A DNA stretch of 64,000 nucleotides from Carcharhinus amblyrhynchos (lineage: Eukaryota), in the NCBI GenBank assembly GCA_965287045.1, contig OZ336871.1, forward strand, positions 54,126,001-54,190,000, written 5' to 3'. The notes under the pieces were generated by a model. It did no database searches. It was given only the letters and a program-made list of their open reading frames with translations, and was not told where the DNA came from. The position numbers and the translations under genes were made by a program. Shown piece after piece: positions 24,061-36,299 of the stretch (within the stretch, counting starts at the first letter, position 1; each line of letters starts with the position of its first letter).

Positions 24061-26079
24061 AGAGAGAAAAATTATTTAACAAATTTAAATTGAAGTTACG
24101 AAGTGATTTTTCTTTGAAAAGTCATGTCGCTATAATTATTCTCCTTAACAAAGCACTTCCAAATTTCCACACTTTGCTGACTGTTTCATTTTGGAAACAT
24201 ATCAGATGAAATGCTAAAATACAATAACTCATTTCACAATGCAGGGGCAAGATCAAGATTCTATTTAGTAAACAATGATTCGCATTAGCTTACATGAAAC
24301 AGTAAATAAATAATTTTTGAAAATTTGACCTAGCATTTACTTCAACTGTTGATATTTTTGTTTCAGTATGGGAAAAGATAATAGGGCTTATAATTAAGTG
24401 GGCCCCAAACACTATCATAATCCCCTCTTCACATCTAAGGTTGCTCTCACAAAAGAAATGCTGCTTTCTTTATAAACATAAATTAAACCATTGAACAATT
24501 CTGTTTTGTAATAATTCTAATGTAAGTTGGACATTTTCAAATTTTAGAAACCTTAAAGTGCGAATAATACAGCAACTAAATTTCTGCAGTTTTCCTCACT
24601 TCACATCTTATAGAGTTCACTAGGTTAGGTTAAAGATGGTTTCTCAGCTACCCCATTATATTCATGTTCTTTGTTGTAAAAGACAATAAGTTTTGACAGA
24701 AATGCCAATATTTGTCTGGATCCGATGTTAAAACAAATTCTAATAATTATGTTGAAAATAGGCATAGGTTTGAAATTATATTTCATTGACCCCTTACCCC
24801 TCCCCCTACAGAAGTCAAAGGAAGTTGAAGAGAATGAAGTAGTTAATAATGGTGGCAATGAGAAAAAAAATCATAATTTGATTTATGTTTCCTTATTAAA
24901 TGTAAGAAATGGAAAGTAACCATTACAGTCATGAATGAAATCTCCAGATAGCTCACAATTTAATCTGTAACTTTCAAACCCTGGCATTTAGTACAGGATA
25001 TAAATCTCTTTGGGGGAACCGCTTTTCTTAATTCAAAAACATTTTTTCAAGTGTATCATTATAATAGCACGTTAGAACGTTTTGTTATGTTATCCTTCTA
25101 AAAAACCATCCCACAAGTGCACACATAACTGACAGTTTAAATTGGACATGTTATTAAAATCAGTTACTGAAATCTTTGCTTTCCACTGGGTCCATGTTTG
25201 TAATGGTCTAAAACCTGCCTACAACATAATTGTCATTCAGATTGTGCCTCTCCGAGCAAGTCATGCTTCAGTGGAGGGTCTGAGTTTCCATTTGAAAATC
25301 AACAAATTAATCCTGGACAGGTATCCAAAAGGCCAAGTTTAATAGGAAGCAGCTACTGGGCCCTCAACCATGATAAAATGTTATTGCTGTTCCCCTGTAA
25401 ATTGGGAGGAACATGTGATATTTTCTACATAGGAACACTGTTGCTGTTTGAGTGATCTACTGCTCAGGCTATCAAAATACTTGACAGACGCTGTCAATCC
25501 TCATAATAACATGTCACTGGGCACACTAGCACACACTTACAACCATTCCAGCATCCCTTAGTGCAGAAAAACCCAAACCAATTTATTAAATAAAATAGGT
25601 CTTCACCTTAACACATGCATCTATTAACAATGTATATGCTACAATTTCTTTTTTTTTAAATAGTAAATCTAGCTATTGAGGAAGTTTAGTGCATCAAATG
25701 ATTACTTATGTAGCATCCCTTTTGTGACACTATAATATTTTGTTGCAAATTTATACTTGCTGATATCAATTTTCTCTCTTGCCATTTAGAAACCTATAAA
25801 TCTGCAGGAGATAACCAAAGCCTCTATTAAAGAATAATTCTACCATCCTGCAGAAAGGGCCACTGATAAAGAGGAGAACAAACCACTGGGCTCAACTGCA
25901 ATGTTAACACCTTGTGTACCATATACACGTCAGAGACTTAAATCAATATTATCTTGAAAACATTAATTTTATAAAACATGGGAGGTAAATTTCTCAGCAG
26001 AGCTGATTTTTCAGATGTTTGCTCCATTTAGTGGTAAATGGAATTCGGCTTCATCACTTCAGACATTGTCGCAGCATTG

Positions 26080-26835
26080 GAAAGGCTCTAATCAAAGTCA
26101 TAATTGTAATTGCAATCTTGACACACTGTCCCTCTTCTCCTTACTGCAGTCTCTGAAACGATAGACCACACTAGGCTCCTTCAATACCTCTTCTTCCGTT
26201 GTTCAATTCATTGGGGCTTCTCTTATTTAGCTCTGCTACTGCCAATCAAATCATAACTAATGCACCAGCAGATTGACTTTTCATCCATCTCTTTACTGTC
26301 ATCTCCAAACTCTCTCATGGATCTACTCCTGGTTGCCTTCTCTACCTCCTGTATGTGTTGTTCCTTATCAACGTCTAAAGACACATTTATCTTCCACATG
26401 TACACTCTTGATTCCTAGCTCTGCCTTTCCACCATATTTCAAACTGTCTCTGCATTGGCAGACTGTTTGTCCAATACCCATGACTTTACTATTCAATTTC
26501 CTCCAAATGAGTATGGTAAAAAGTCTCACTGCCTCCTGCCACAAACTCTTGTCACTGATTGTATTCCCTCTTCCAATTTAAATAGACTGTTCTCAACCTA
26601 AATGTTCTAATCCACCTAGAGTCAAGCTTCTCATCCCATATTCTCACGATCATAAAAAGACTAGTTACTTCCACTTAAAAGTTTTATTAACAGCTTACCT
26701 CTATCTCAATCTCATCCAATCTGATGCGGAAGCCCTCGACTATGCTTTTGTCATTCTCCCCAGCTACAACTATTTTAAAATTCCACTGGCTCACGGTCTA
26801 CCTTCTGAGTTTAAGCTGCCAATACGAACTGTGCC
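26080..26835 (+). mobile_element. Decayed L2 LINE, 5' part (continues at 32206-32455)
   Basis: DHTRLLQYLSSVVQ-like RT text at 26160-26210; tctgatgcggaagccctcgactatgcttttgtc (AEAL..AFV). Confidence 0.6.
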
Positions 26836-27258
26836 AGCCATACAAAATTATAGAATGGCTATTGTATAGAGCGAGGCCATTCAGCCAGCTGAGTCCACGC
26901 TGCTCTGACCTTTCCCCATAATCCTTCTATTTGGATAAGCTCTACTGGAACAGGCTGGAATCAATGTCCTGGCAAATGATAAAACTGGGGCTATGGATTG
27001 GAGTTTAAACTAGAAGGTGGGGGGATGGGTGTTCAGTTGAAAGAAGATTTAGAAATTGGAACAGGTCAAGGCAACCGTACAATGCAGTGACATGGGTAAA
27101 GAAAAGCAGAAAGGGGCAGGAAAAAAAGAGTTAAAAACTAACAGCCCATTAAAAAAATTAACAGCTTTTTAACTGAAATCACAAAACATTTGCAATAAGA
27201 TACATGAATGAGTGGCACAAATAAAGATAAATGGTTTAAATCTAACTACCATTACAGA

Positions 27259-27360
27259 GATAAAAACAGAAAATGCTGCATAGACTCAGCAGGTCTAGCA
27301 ACATCTGTGGAGAGAGAAACAGAGTTAATGTTTCAAGTCCAAATGATTTTGATAGAGCTA
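27259..27360 (-). mobile_element. Penelope-like 3' terminal fragment
   Basis: aaaacagaaaatgctgcatagactcagcaggtctagcaacatctgtggagagagaaacagagttaatgtttcaagtc, homologous to 7515-7600. Confidence 0.75.
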
Positions 27361-27374
27361 CAGTTACAGGGTGA

Positions 27375-28648
27375 TTAATGATTTGGAAGAAAGGACTAAA
27401 TGCATGAGAGCTAAATTTGCCACTAACGCCAAGTGAGGTAGGAAAGCAAATTGTCAGGAGGAGGGAGAAAGTCTGCAAAAGAATACTGAAGTTAAGTGAG
27501 TAGGCAAAAATTTGGCAGATGGAGTATAAGGTGGGAAAATGTGAACCTGTCCACTTTGGCGGGAAGAATGGAAAAGCAGCATACCATTTAAATGAATAAG
27601 ATTGCAGAACTTGGTGGTACAGATAAATCAATGTGTCCTGGTACATAAATCACAAACTGCTAGTATGCAGATATGATAAGTAATTCGGAAGGCAAATGCT
27701 GGGGTTTATTGTAAGGAGAATGGAATATAAAAGTAGGGACATTTTACTGCAGTCGTACAGGGTATTGGTAAGACCACACTTGGAATACTGTGTAGAGTTT
27801 TGATGGCCTGACTTGACAAAGGATATAACTGTATTAGAAGTAGTATAGAAATGGTTCACTAAATTCACTGTGCCTGCATAGTGGCACAGTGGTTAGCACT
27901 TCTGCCTCAGAGTGCCAGGGACCTCGGTTCAATTCCCGGCTTGGGCCACTGTCAGTATGGAATCTGCATGTTTTCCTCGTGCCTGCATGGGTTTCCTCCA
28001 GGTACTTTGTTTCTTCCCACAGTCCAAAAGACATCCTGGTTAGATGCAATGACCATGCTAAATTCTTCCTCAGTGTACCCGATCAAGAGCTGGAGCGTGG
28101 CAATTAGGAGAATTTCACAGTAACTTCATTGCAGTTTAATGTAAGCCCGCTTGTGACACTACTAAATATACTAAAAAAAATCATTCCTGGGATGAGGGCT
28201 CATCTTATGGAAGAGGCTGGTCAGGTTGGGCCTTTACCCACTGGAGTTTAGAAGAACGAGAGGAGGTCTTATTGAAATATATAAAACCCTGAGGGGATGT
28301 GACAGCATGGCTAGCGGAAGGATGTGCCCACTTATGGAGGAGACTGGAATCAGGGATAGAGTTTAAGAATATCTCCCTTTTAAGGCTGAGATGCGGAGAA
28401 ATTGTTTTCCTCTCAGAGGGTCATTAGTACATGGAATTGTCTTCCCAAGAGAGTAACGGGGTCTAGATCATTGAATTTAGTCAAGGCAGAATTAGACAGA
28501 TTTCCGATAGGTAAGCAAGTCAAGGATTAGTCGGGGCTTGCAGAAGAGCTAAGCTGAGGCCACAACCAGATGAGCCATGATGTTACTGAATGGTGCTGCA
28601 GGCTCTAAGGGTGGTAAGGCCTACTACTCCTTCTAAGTCCTATGTTGG
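27375..28648 (+). mobile_element. CR1 RT C-terminus and 3' UTR, split by a SINE
   Basis: WAKIWQMEYKVGKCEPVHFG, MEYKSRDILLQSYRVLVRPHLEYCVEF; tail gatgagccatgatgttactgaatggtg..cctatgtt. Confidence 0.85.
27875..28180 (+). mobile_element. HE1-like V-SINE with alternative tail
   Basis: gtggcacagtggttagcacttctgcctcag..ggttcaattccc (A/B boxes); tail aatttcacagtaacttcattgcagtttaatgtaagcccgcttgtgacactactaaata. Confidence 0.85.
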
Positions 28649-29598
28649 GAAATAAATATTCCAGGCCACTCAATATTTCAAAAAAGACCGGTAGAGAGGA
28701 AAAGCAAGATAGTCCTGAGAACAAAACCTAATAAAAGGACAGTATTGAGAAAGGACACAGAATCATAAGATAAGGAAGCAGAATTCTCATGTGTGGGGAT
28801 TAGGAATAAAACGGGTCAGAAAGCACTGGTCAGGGTAGTTTACAGATCCCCTAACAATAGTTTGACTGTTGGACAGGAACACTAAAATGAGAAATAATTG
28901 AAGCTTGTAACAAATACAATGAAATTGTGATGGGGAACTTGATTTTTCATATAAACTAGACCAAAGTAGCCAAAAATGTTCTGGAAACTGAGTTTGTAGA
29001 ATCCTTCCCCGACAATTTCTTGGAGCAATACATTGTGGAACCGACTGGAGCTATTTTGGACCTGACACTGTGCAACAAGGAGGGGTTAATTAGTTAGAGG
29101 TCTGCAGGAAATGAAGATCATAATAAAACTGAATTCCATCCTAAGTTTGAAAGTGACATAGCCCAAACGCAAACAAAATCTTAAGCTTAAATCAAGCCCA
29201 TTACATTGGTTAGGAGGGAAAATTGGCTAAAGCTGATCAGGTAAATGGACTTAAAAACATGGTGATAAATGAACAAAGAGAAACTTGAAAAAAAAACTAT
29301 TCAAAACATTCAACAAAAATACCTTCCATTAAAAAAAATCACAGCAAGAAATATTCATCCACAGTTTATTAAGAACTTAGAAATAATAGTAGATTAAAAG
29401 AGGTTTATAATGTGGCAAAAAATTATAAGGAGTAAGTCTGAGGATTGGAAATGCTTTAGAAACTAGCAAAAGGCCACCAGAAAGTTGATAAAAAAAAGTA
29501 AAAAACTAAATGACACTGAACTAGCCAAGAGAACAAAAATAAATTAAGAATTTTTACAGAAGACAATAAATGCTGCCCCAGTAAATGTTGGTTCTTTA

Positions 29599-29690
29599 GT
29601 AAAGTTTATTTATTAGTCACAAGTAAGACTTACATTAACACTGCAATGAAGTTACTGTGAAATTCCCCAGCCACCTGTCGGTGTGCCTGT
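29599..29690 (-). mobile_element. Isolated alternative SINE/LINE tail
   Basis: tttatttattagtcacaagtaagacttacattaacactgcaatgaagttactgtgaaattcccc is the reverse complement of the 7868-7935 tail. Confidence 0.8.
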
Positions 29691-29756
29691 TAGAGATGGT
29701 GTGAGGGGGAACAATTAGGGGCAACAATGAAATGGCAGAAACTAAACAAATATTTT

Positions 29757-30900
29757 GGGCAGAATTCCAGAGGTAAATCTGGAATGCGTGGATGCAAATG
29801 ACTGGGTAGAAGGGTGAGGAGTGGGTGCATCAACCCCTTCCTGACTCTATCTAATTATGTCCATGCTAGGAAGCCATGTGGATGGCTTTCCACCCAGATA
29901 CTAATTGAGGCCCTTAGGTGGGCAATTAGTTTCCAACAAAGAGACTCATTCCACCACCACGGGTATTCAACCAGTGTGATGTGGAGATGCCAGCGTTGGA
30001 CTGGGGTAAACACAATAAGAAGTCTCACAACACCAGGTTAAAGTCCAACAGGTTTATTTGGTAGCACAAGCCACAAGCTTTCAGAGCACTGCTTCTTCAT
30101 CAGATGAGTGGGAGCTCTGTTCACAAACAGGGCATATAAAGACACAAACTCAATTTACAAAATAATGGTTGGAATGCGAGTCTTTATAGGTAATCAAGTC
30201 TTAAAAGAACTGTCAATGTGAGTGGAAAGAGCATTAAGCACAGGTTAAAAAGGTGTGTACTGTCTCCAACCAGGACAGTTAGTGAGATTTTGCAAGCCCA
30301 GGCAAGTCGTGGGGGTTGCAGATAGTGTGACATGAACCCAAGATCCAGGTCGAGGCCACCCTCATGTGTGTGGAACTTGGTGCAGCGACTCTGCGTTGTG
30401 GTGTGTCGTGAAGGCTGCCTTGGAGAACGCTTACCCGAAGATCAGAGGCTGAATGCCCGTGACCGCTGAAGTGTTCAACAGTGTGCCAGAGGACTTGCTA
30501 TGCAGAGAGACCAACAAACAAACCCAATAGGCCACCCAGGGACAGGGACCTTTGTTCAAAGGCAATTGGTGACTGATCAGGGGACGCAGTAAGGGAATGA
30601 GATTGGTTGGGTGAGTGGGTAGGCATGAAAGCATCTTCCTAAGCTTTCTTCTGAGTCCTCTCACTCCCAGCCAGTGACCCCTCTCCCATAAGCTACATCC
30701 TGCTCCCTCACTTGTAGCCTAAGGTCCCTAGGCAATCTGAAACCTCTCCCAGGGTCCATTACCAGCAGCGGCTCTAGGTGGGTGTGAGATTTCCATCCTA
30801 ATGTCCCAAATCCTGAAGAAGGCCTGAGAGTGGTCAGTTGAACGTCTGATGAGTCATTATGTCTTCCACAACATGGACAGCGCAGGACTTCAATGTGCTT
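29757..30900. mobile_element. GC-rich MITE-like element interrupted by Penelope fragment
   Basis: Starts gggcagaattcc; ctaattgaggcccttaggtgggcaatta; GC-rich sequence resumes after 30480. Confidence 0.4.
29978..30476 (-). mobile_element. Penelope-like element 3' fragment (GIY-YIG C-terminus, 3' UTR, hammerhead motif 30072-30106)
   Basis: Minus strand EHFSGHGHSASDLRVSVLQGSLHDTPQRRVA..KFHTHEGGLDLDLGFMSHY; CAU CUGAUGA A GAAGC agu GCUCU GAAA GCUU GUG. Confidence 0.85.
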
Positions 30901-30961
30901 CTTCTAAAGGGAAATGATGCTTGCCAAATTTATTAAGAGTATTTTGAAGATGCAATTAGAT

Positions 30962-31210
30962 TATTTTATTCTTTCATGGGGTGTGGGCATCACTAGCTAA
31001 GCCTGCATTTAGTATCCATTCTCAATTGCCCTAAGAAGGTTGTGAAAAGCCACTTTTTTGAACCACTGAGGTCTATGTGCACCCACTGTGCTGTTAGGGA
31101 GGGAATTCTGGGATTTTGATCCAGCAAGCCAATATAGTTCCAATTCAGGCTGGTGTGTGGCTTGGAGGGGAACTTCCAAGTGATAGTGTTCCCATAAATC
31201 TGCTCCCTTA
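30962..31210 (-). mobile_element. CR1/L2-group LINE 3' end
   Basis: ttctttcatggggtgtgggcatcactagctaagcctgcatt..ctgttagggagggaattctgggattttgatcc; inverted relative to 31930-32205. Confidence 0.75.
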
Positions 31211-31212
31211 AT

Positions 31213-31700
31213 AAGAATAGAAAATGCTGGATAAAGTTAGCAGGTCTGGCAGTTTTTGGTGGAGAAAAAGTTAACATTTTGAGTCTATGTGACACTTCTT
31301 CAGCGTTAAAGAAAGGGTGAAATGTGATGGATTACATACTGTATGTACTCTTATACTGTGTAAAAGGGGTGGAACAGAGCAAAATAGGTCAGTGATAGCT
31401 GTGAACTGGGAGATATTGCTCAAACTTGCAAAGAGGCAAAAAACAAACTGTTAATGTAGTAGAGTGGTTTAAAAATAATGATCAGTCATAAAACTGTAGC
31501 TATTCCAGCTTGTTGTATGCTCCAAGTACTAAGTAAAACTGTTAATGGCAGTGTTAAGGATTATAGATTATGTTGATGGTAGCATAAAGATAGTAGAACG
31601 TGTTAATTGAAGAACAAAGGTCATTGTTCAGTGAAAGCAAAATTAAGAACAAGCGACAGATAGCCCTGTGGGTACGGTGGCTCACCTCCTGACCCCCAGT
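31213..31700 (-). mobile_element. Penelope-like 3' UTR fragment
   Basis: aatagaaaatgctggataaagttagcaggtctggcag..gttaacattttgagtc..cttcttcag, homologous to 7515 and 27259 ends. Confidence 0.6.
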
Positions 31701-31704
31701 CCTC

Positions 31705-32205
31705 CAAAGCTTGTTCACCACCTACAAGGCACAAGTTGGAAATGTAATGGAATGCTCTTCGCTTGCCTCCAACAACACTCATGAAGCTCAACACCATCCA
31801 GGACCATGCAGCCCACTTGACTGGCACCGCATCTGCCACTTGAAACATTCATTGCTGCTACTGTGCATTGTGTATCTTCTACTATATGCACTGCAGCACT
31901 CACCAAGGGTTTTTGGGCAGCATCTTCTGAACTCATAATCTGGAAGGACATGGACAGCAGATGCATGGAAACACCAACACCAGCAAATTCCCCTCCTATC
32001 CACACGTCATCCTGACTTGGAAACATATTGTCGTTTCTTCACTGTCGCCACATCAAAATCCTAACTCCCTTTTTAATCGCAGTGTGGATCTTCCACCAAC
32101 ATAAGGGCTGACTGCACATCATGGTTCAAAAAGGCAGCTCCACTGCTCAAGGGACACAACAAATGCTGGCCTAGCCAGCGACCTACATCCCATGAATAAG
32201 AAAAG
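31705..32205 (+). mobile_element. CR1/L2-group LINE C-terminus and 3' UTR
   Basis: FTTYKAQVGNVMECSSLA; tail aaatgctggcctagccagcgacctacatcccatgaataag. Confidence 0.8.
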
Positions 32206-32455
32206 CACCCTTCACTTCTGTCCTTGTTGACCTACATTGGCTCCAAATCCCCCAACACTACCAACTTTTAATTCTCTTCAAACACTAGTCACTGCTCCAC
32301 TTCCATTTCATCCATTAAATCCATCACTTTGACAAAACTTTTAAGTCTCCTAATATTGCCTTCTTTAGCTCATGTCTATTTTTGTTAATTATGTCTCTGC
32401 AAAGCAGTATGGCATATTTTTCCAATGTTAAAAGCACTAGTTCAATTTGCTGATG
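32206..32455 (+). mobile_element. L2 3' end (continuation of 26080-26835)
   Basis: cccttcacttctgtccttgttgacctacattggctcc (PFTSVLVDLHWL) and L2-type tail aaagcagtatggcatatttttccaatgttaaaagcacta. Confidence 0.65.
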
Positions 32456-32659
32456 TAATTCAGTCATTGCAGATTCAAAGCAAGTATACTTTCATTATAG
32501 CATGCTCCAAGAAAGAATGACAGCTTTTGAAGTGCAAGCTTTACTTAGTACTTTGAGCGTGCAATAAGCTGGAAAATCTAAAATTTTATGACTGATCACT
32601 ATTTTTAAACCATTCTAGTAAAGATTTTACAAAACTGAAAGAAAACAGGACAGTGAAAT

Positions 32660-33350
32660 ACACAAACAAACTGACAAATAAGTGAGTGAGCAAATGGGAT
32701 TCAAGGTGGGCAAGCATCAGGTCCCACTTCAGGTGAAAAAGTATTTTCTAAATGTGAAAAGCTAGGAACTGAAGAGGAGCAAAGAGATTTGGTAGCCCAA
32801 GTACAGAAATCACTGCAAACTGGCATACAAACAATCAAAAAAGATAATGGTATGTTGGGTTTTATCTGAATGGGATTGGAATACAATGGGGACAAAGTTA
32901 TGCTTCTGTCATATTAAGCCTTGGTTACCCAGTGCTATCTGGGGTACTGCAATTAGTTCTGCGAACCACACTTTAGGATGGATATTTTAGCCTCGTAGGG
33001 GGAATAGCACAGATTCAACAGAATTTCAGAGATGAAAGGGTCAAATTATGAGAGAAGACTGAATAAACACGGCTTGTATTCCTTTGAGTATAGAAGATTA
33101 AGGAGCAATCTGTTCAAGTGTAAAAAATACTAACAGGCTGACAGTATATAAATGGTTAAACTACTTCCTCTGCAGGGGAATCAAGAACAAGGGAACATAA
33201 TCTTAAAATTAATGCTGTTAGTTAGGAAGGAAATCAGGAAGTATCTTTCCTGCTAAAAACTTTAAATTTGCCCCTCCCCAGATTGATTTTCATTAAGGGA
33301 GGGTATCAAGGGTGAAATAATGGGAATGGAGGTGCAGAACATTCCTGCCT
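32660..33350 (+). mobile_element. Old CR1 RT C-terminal remnant
   Basis: gaggagcaaagagatttgg, ggtatgttgggttttatc, ggcttgtattcctttgagtatagaagattaagg (GLYSFEYRRLR). Confidence 0.7.
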
Positions 33351-34346
33351 TTCTAAACTCTGATATTACAATTAACTCTAATTCTAATATTAACTTTCAT
33401 TACAGTTAGTATTACAATTCCAAAATATGACTCATTTTCAAAATCGTAATTTTCTATTCCATTCATTTTAATTAGTGTTTCAGCAGAAAACTTCTCAGAT
33501 ATTATTGATTGGCTAGATGTTAAATTGCTTCACATAGATTCAGCCACTTTCATTCCTTGAAACAAGCTCAACCTCGACATATAAACAGGATATTACCATA
33601 ATCCTGTGGAAAATCACCTGGGATATTCCTGGCAGAAAACTGTTACCCAAGTGGCCAGCTGATCTCCCTAAAATCTGGTGTATATGAAGCCTCTTTTCTA
33701 GGTTTAGAAGGAGCAAAAGCACTGAAGCGTGAAACAATTAACAGTTAACAAGTAACTCCAAATTATGCTGGGTCAGAAAGAGAATCAAATGGAGACCTGA
33801 AGAAGCTGTGTGTGTGGAAGCTGTACATTGTTCAAAGAAAATGAAAATTTTACATAAAGCAGACTGGCTAACTCTTGTGTATACATACATTTCATTGCCA
33901 CATACAAACAAACAGAAAATATACCAAACTAGTGAGACGATTTGAAGAACTGCATCTTTCCGACAGCATGGAACACACCGCTCAAAGATGTCCAATCTTG
34001 ACAATAATAATGATTGCTAAATGATACAAACTGTTCCAGATTTCTGAATCACACATTGCAATAAACAAACCCTCCGTACTTGAGCCTAAGGGGAAACCAC
34101 AGTTCAAGTACAGCAAGATTAAAGCTTCCCAAGTGCTCACACTCTGCCAGGTTTTCACAAAATGTTAAATGCCACTTTCAAATTTGCAATGGCTATTTAG
34201 CAACGTGTCCATGTTGAATCTTGCTCCCAAACGGAATTCTTTCAGCATCGCTCCCAGCAAAATAACTCCGTTGTAAGTTAGCAAAATCTCAGATTATGGC
34301 GTTCATCCCCAACTTCAAGTCTTCAAAAGTAATTTATTGAGAGACA

Positions 34347-34450
34347 AGGGGGGGAAGAGGAAGAGAGAGAGAGAGGGAGAGAGAGAGAGAGAAAAAGAGG
34401 GGAAGCGTAGAATTTAAGAGGGAGAGGTGGGAGAAAGAGAGGGATAGAAA
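34347..34450 (+). repeat. (GA)n / purine-rich simple repeat
   Basis: agagagagagagagggagagagagagagagaaaaagagggg. Confidence 0.9.
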
Positions 34451-35541
34451 CAGTGTACAGTGCTGGGATCAAAGTTTAATAAAAGAAACAGGAAAGATTT
34501 TTCCTTTCGTTGTTGCATCTACTGACCACCCCAATAATACTTAATTTCCATGATGGAAGTTGGTGCAATAGTTCAATCGCTTCTGGCTGAGGATGACCAG
34601 ATTTGATACTTAATTACTGAGAAAGTCTCATGGAGGATACACTGAAATGTCTCTCAGGTTTTGTTAAAACGCCAATTTTCCTGAAAAGGCCAGGTCTATC
34701 AGTTTTTGCTCATGTGCACTAGGTGGGAAATCTGGAACAGAATGCCAAGGTAGAGAAGGCAACATTGAAGGGTCCCTGCACCAAGACAACCATGGTTCAT
34801 CATCATAATTATGCCAATTAAAACGCTGACAGTTTCAAAAAAGTTGACAACTTAAAAAAAAGTAATGCATAATTGGAAAACAGTCAAATAAAGGCATGTG
34901 GCCAAGGCTATTGCTTTTCATTTCATCTGATTTCAGGATAGATTAGACTTCTGGGATCACATCACATTTGTGCTTTTCTGTGAAGTCTGCAATTTAACAG
35001 TGATGCAAGAAATACAAATAGTTGTAGTTAAAATTCAGGGTGCAATGCAATATAAACATAAGAAGAGCAACACAGCCAATCAGCCCATGAAGCTGTTCTA
35101 CCAGTCAAAGAGATTGTGACTGATTTGTATCCTAATTACATCCATCTGCCTTGGCTCCATAACATTCTATTACTTTTATCCTGCAAAAATTTGTTGATCT
35201 CAGATTTAGTATTCCTTGAGCGAGCATCATTGTTTTTTGTGGGAGAGTGTTCCACACTTCTACTACCCTTAGTCTTGCCATTTCACTTGGCCTTGCTACT
35301 CCCATAATATGTACTGCTTCCCTGTATCACTTGCTACAAAAATCCCCTTTCCCTATTTTCTTCTGTGTACACCACTGGAAAACACTTTGCTAATTGATTT
35401 ACAACTTCCATGTTCCAACTGTCAATTCACCATGACATTTCTGCATTTATTGATCTGTTCAACCACACCCTCATCTCCACTTTCAATACCACCATCCCAA
35501 TTAAAACTATTATTCTCTATCAGTCTGAGACAAACCTCATC

Positions 35542-36022
35542 TTGATTTGATTTATTGTCATCTGTATTAGTATACAGCAAAAAGTATTGTTTCTTGTGCG
35601 CTATACAGACAAAGCATTCAATACATAGGAAAGGACAGAGTGCAGAATGTAGTGTTACAGTCATAGTTAGGCTGTAGAGAAAGATCAACTTAATATGAGG
35701 TAGGTCCATTCAAAAGTCTAATGGCAGTAGGGAAGAAGCTGTTCTTGAGTCGGTTACTACATGATCTCAGATCTTTGTATCTTTTTCCCGACAGAAAAAG
35801 GTAGAAGAGAGTATGTCAGGAGTGCATGGGGTTCTTGATTATGATATCTGCTTTTCTGAGGCAGTGGAAAGTGTAGACAGAGTCAATGGATGGTAGGCTG
35901 GTTTGCATGATGGACTGGGCTTCATTCACTATCTTTTGTGGTTTCTTATGGTCTTGGGCAGAGCAGGAGCCATACCAAGCTGTGATATACCCGGAAAGGA
36001 TGCTCTCTGTGGTGCATCTGTA
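35542..36022 (-). mobile_element. Rex1/Babar LINE 3' fragment
   Basis: YRCTTESILSGYITAWYGSCSAQDHKKPQKIVNEAQSI; tail aataaatcaaatcaa on minus strand. Confidence 0.9.
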
Positions 36023-36299
36023 TCTCCATTCTTTAAGCCCAAGGATACAGATTTGAACATTTATGGTGGCAAATTGGCATACAGCACATACAATTAGAGA
36101 GGTGAATATGTGGCTCAAAGACTGGTATGAGGGAGGTTGGTTCTAGTATGTGGGGCACCTGCACGGGGGAAAGTGGAGGTTGTAATGTTGGGAAGATCTG
36201 CACCTGAACTGTGCTGAGACCGGTTGCAAAGTGTGTAACTAGAAAAGTAGAGAGAGCTTTGAACTAAATTGTGGGGCAAGAGATCAAAGGGGCATGGAA

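Larger units (their letters stand above)
26930..29760 (+). mobile_element. Decayed CR1 ORF1 end/ORF2 endonuclease region, interrupted at ~27259-28650
   Basis: ..ICNKIHE*VAQIKINGLNLTTITE at 27190-27260, resuming with ALVRVVYRSPNN, IVMGN, FLEQYIVEPT..AILDLTLCN at 28820-29080. Confidence 0.75.
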
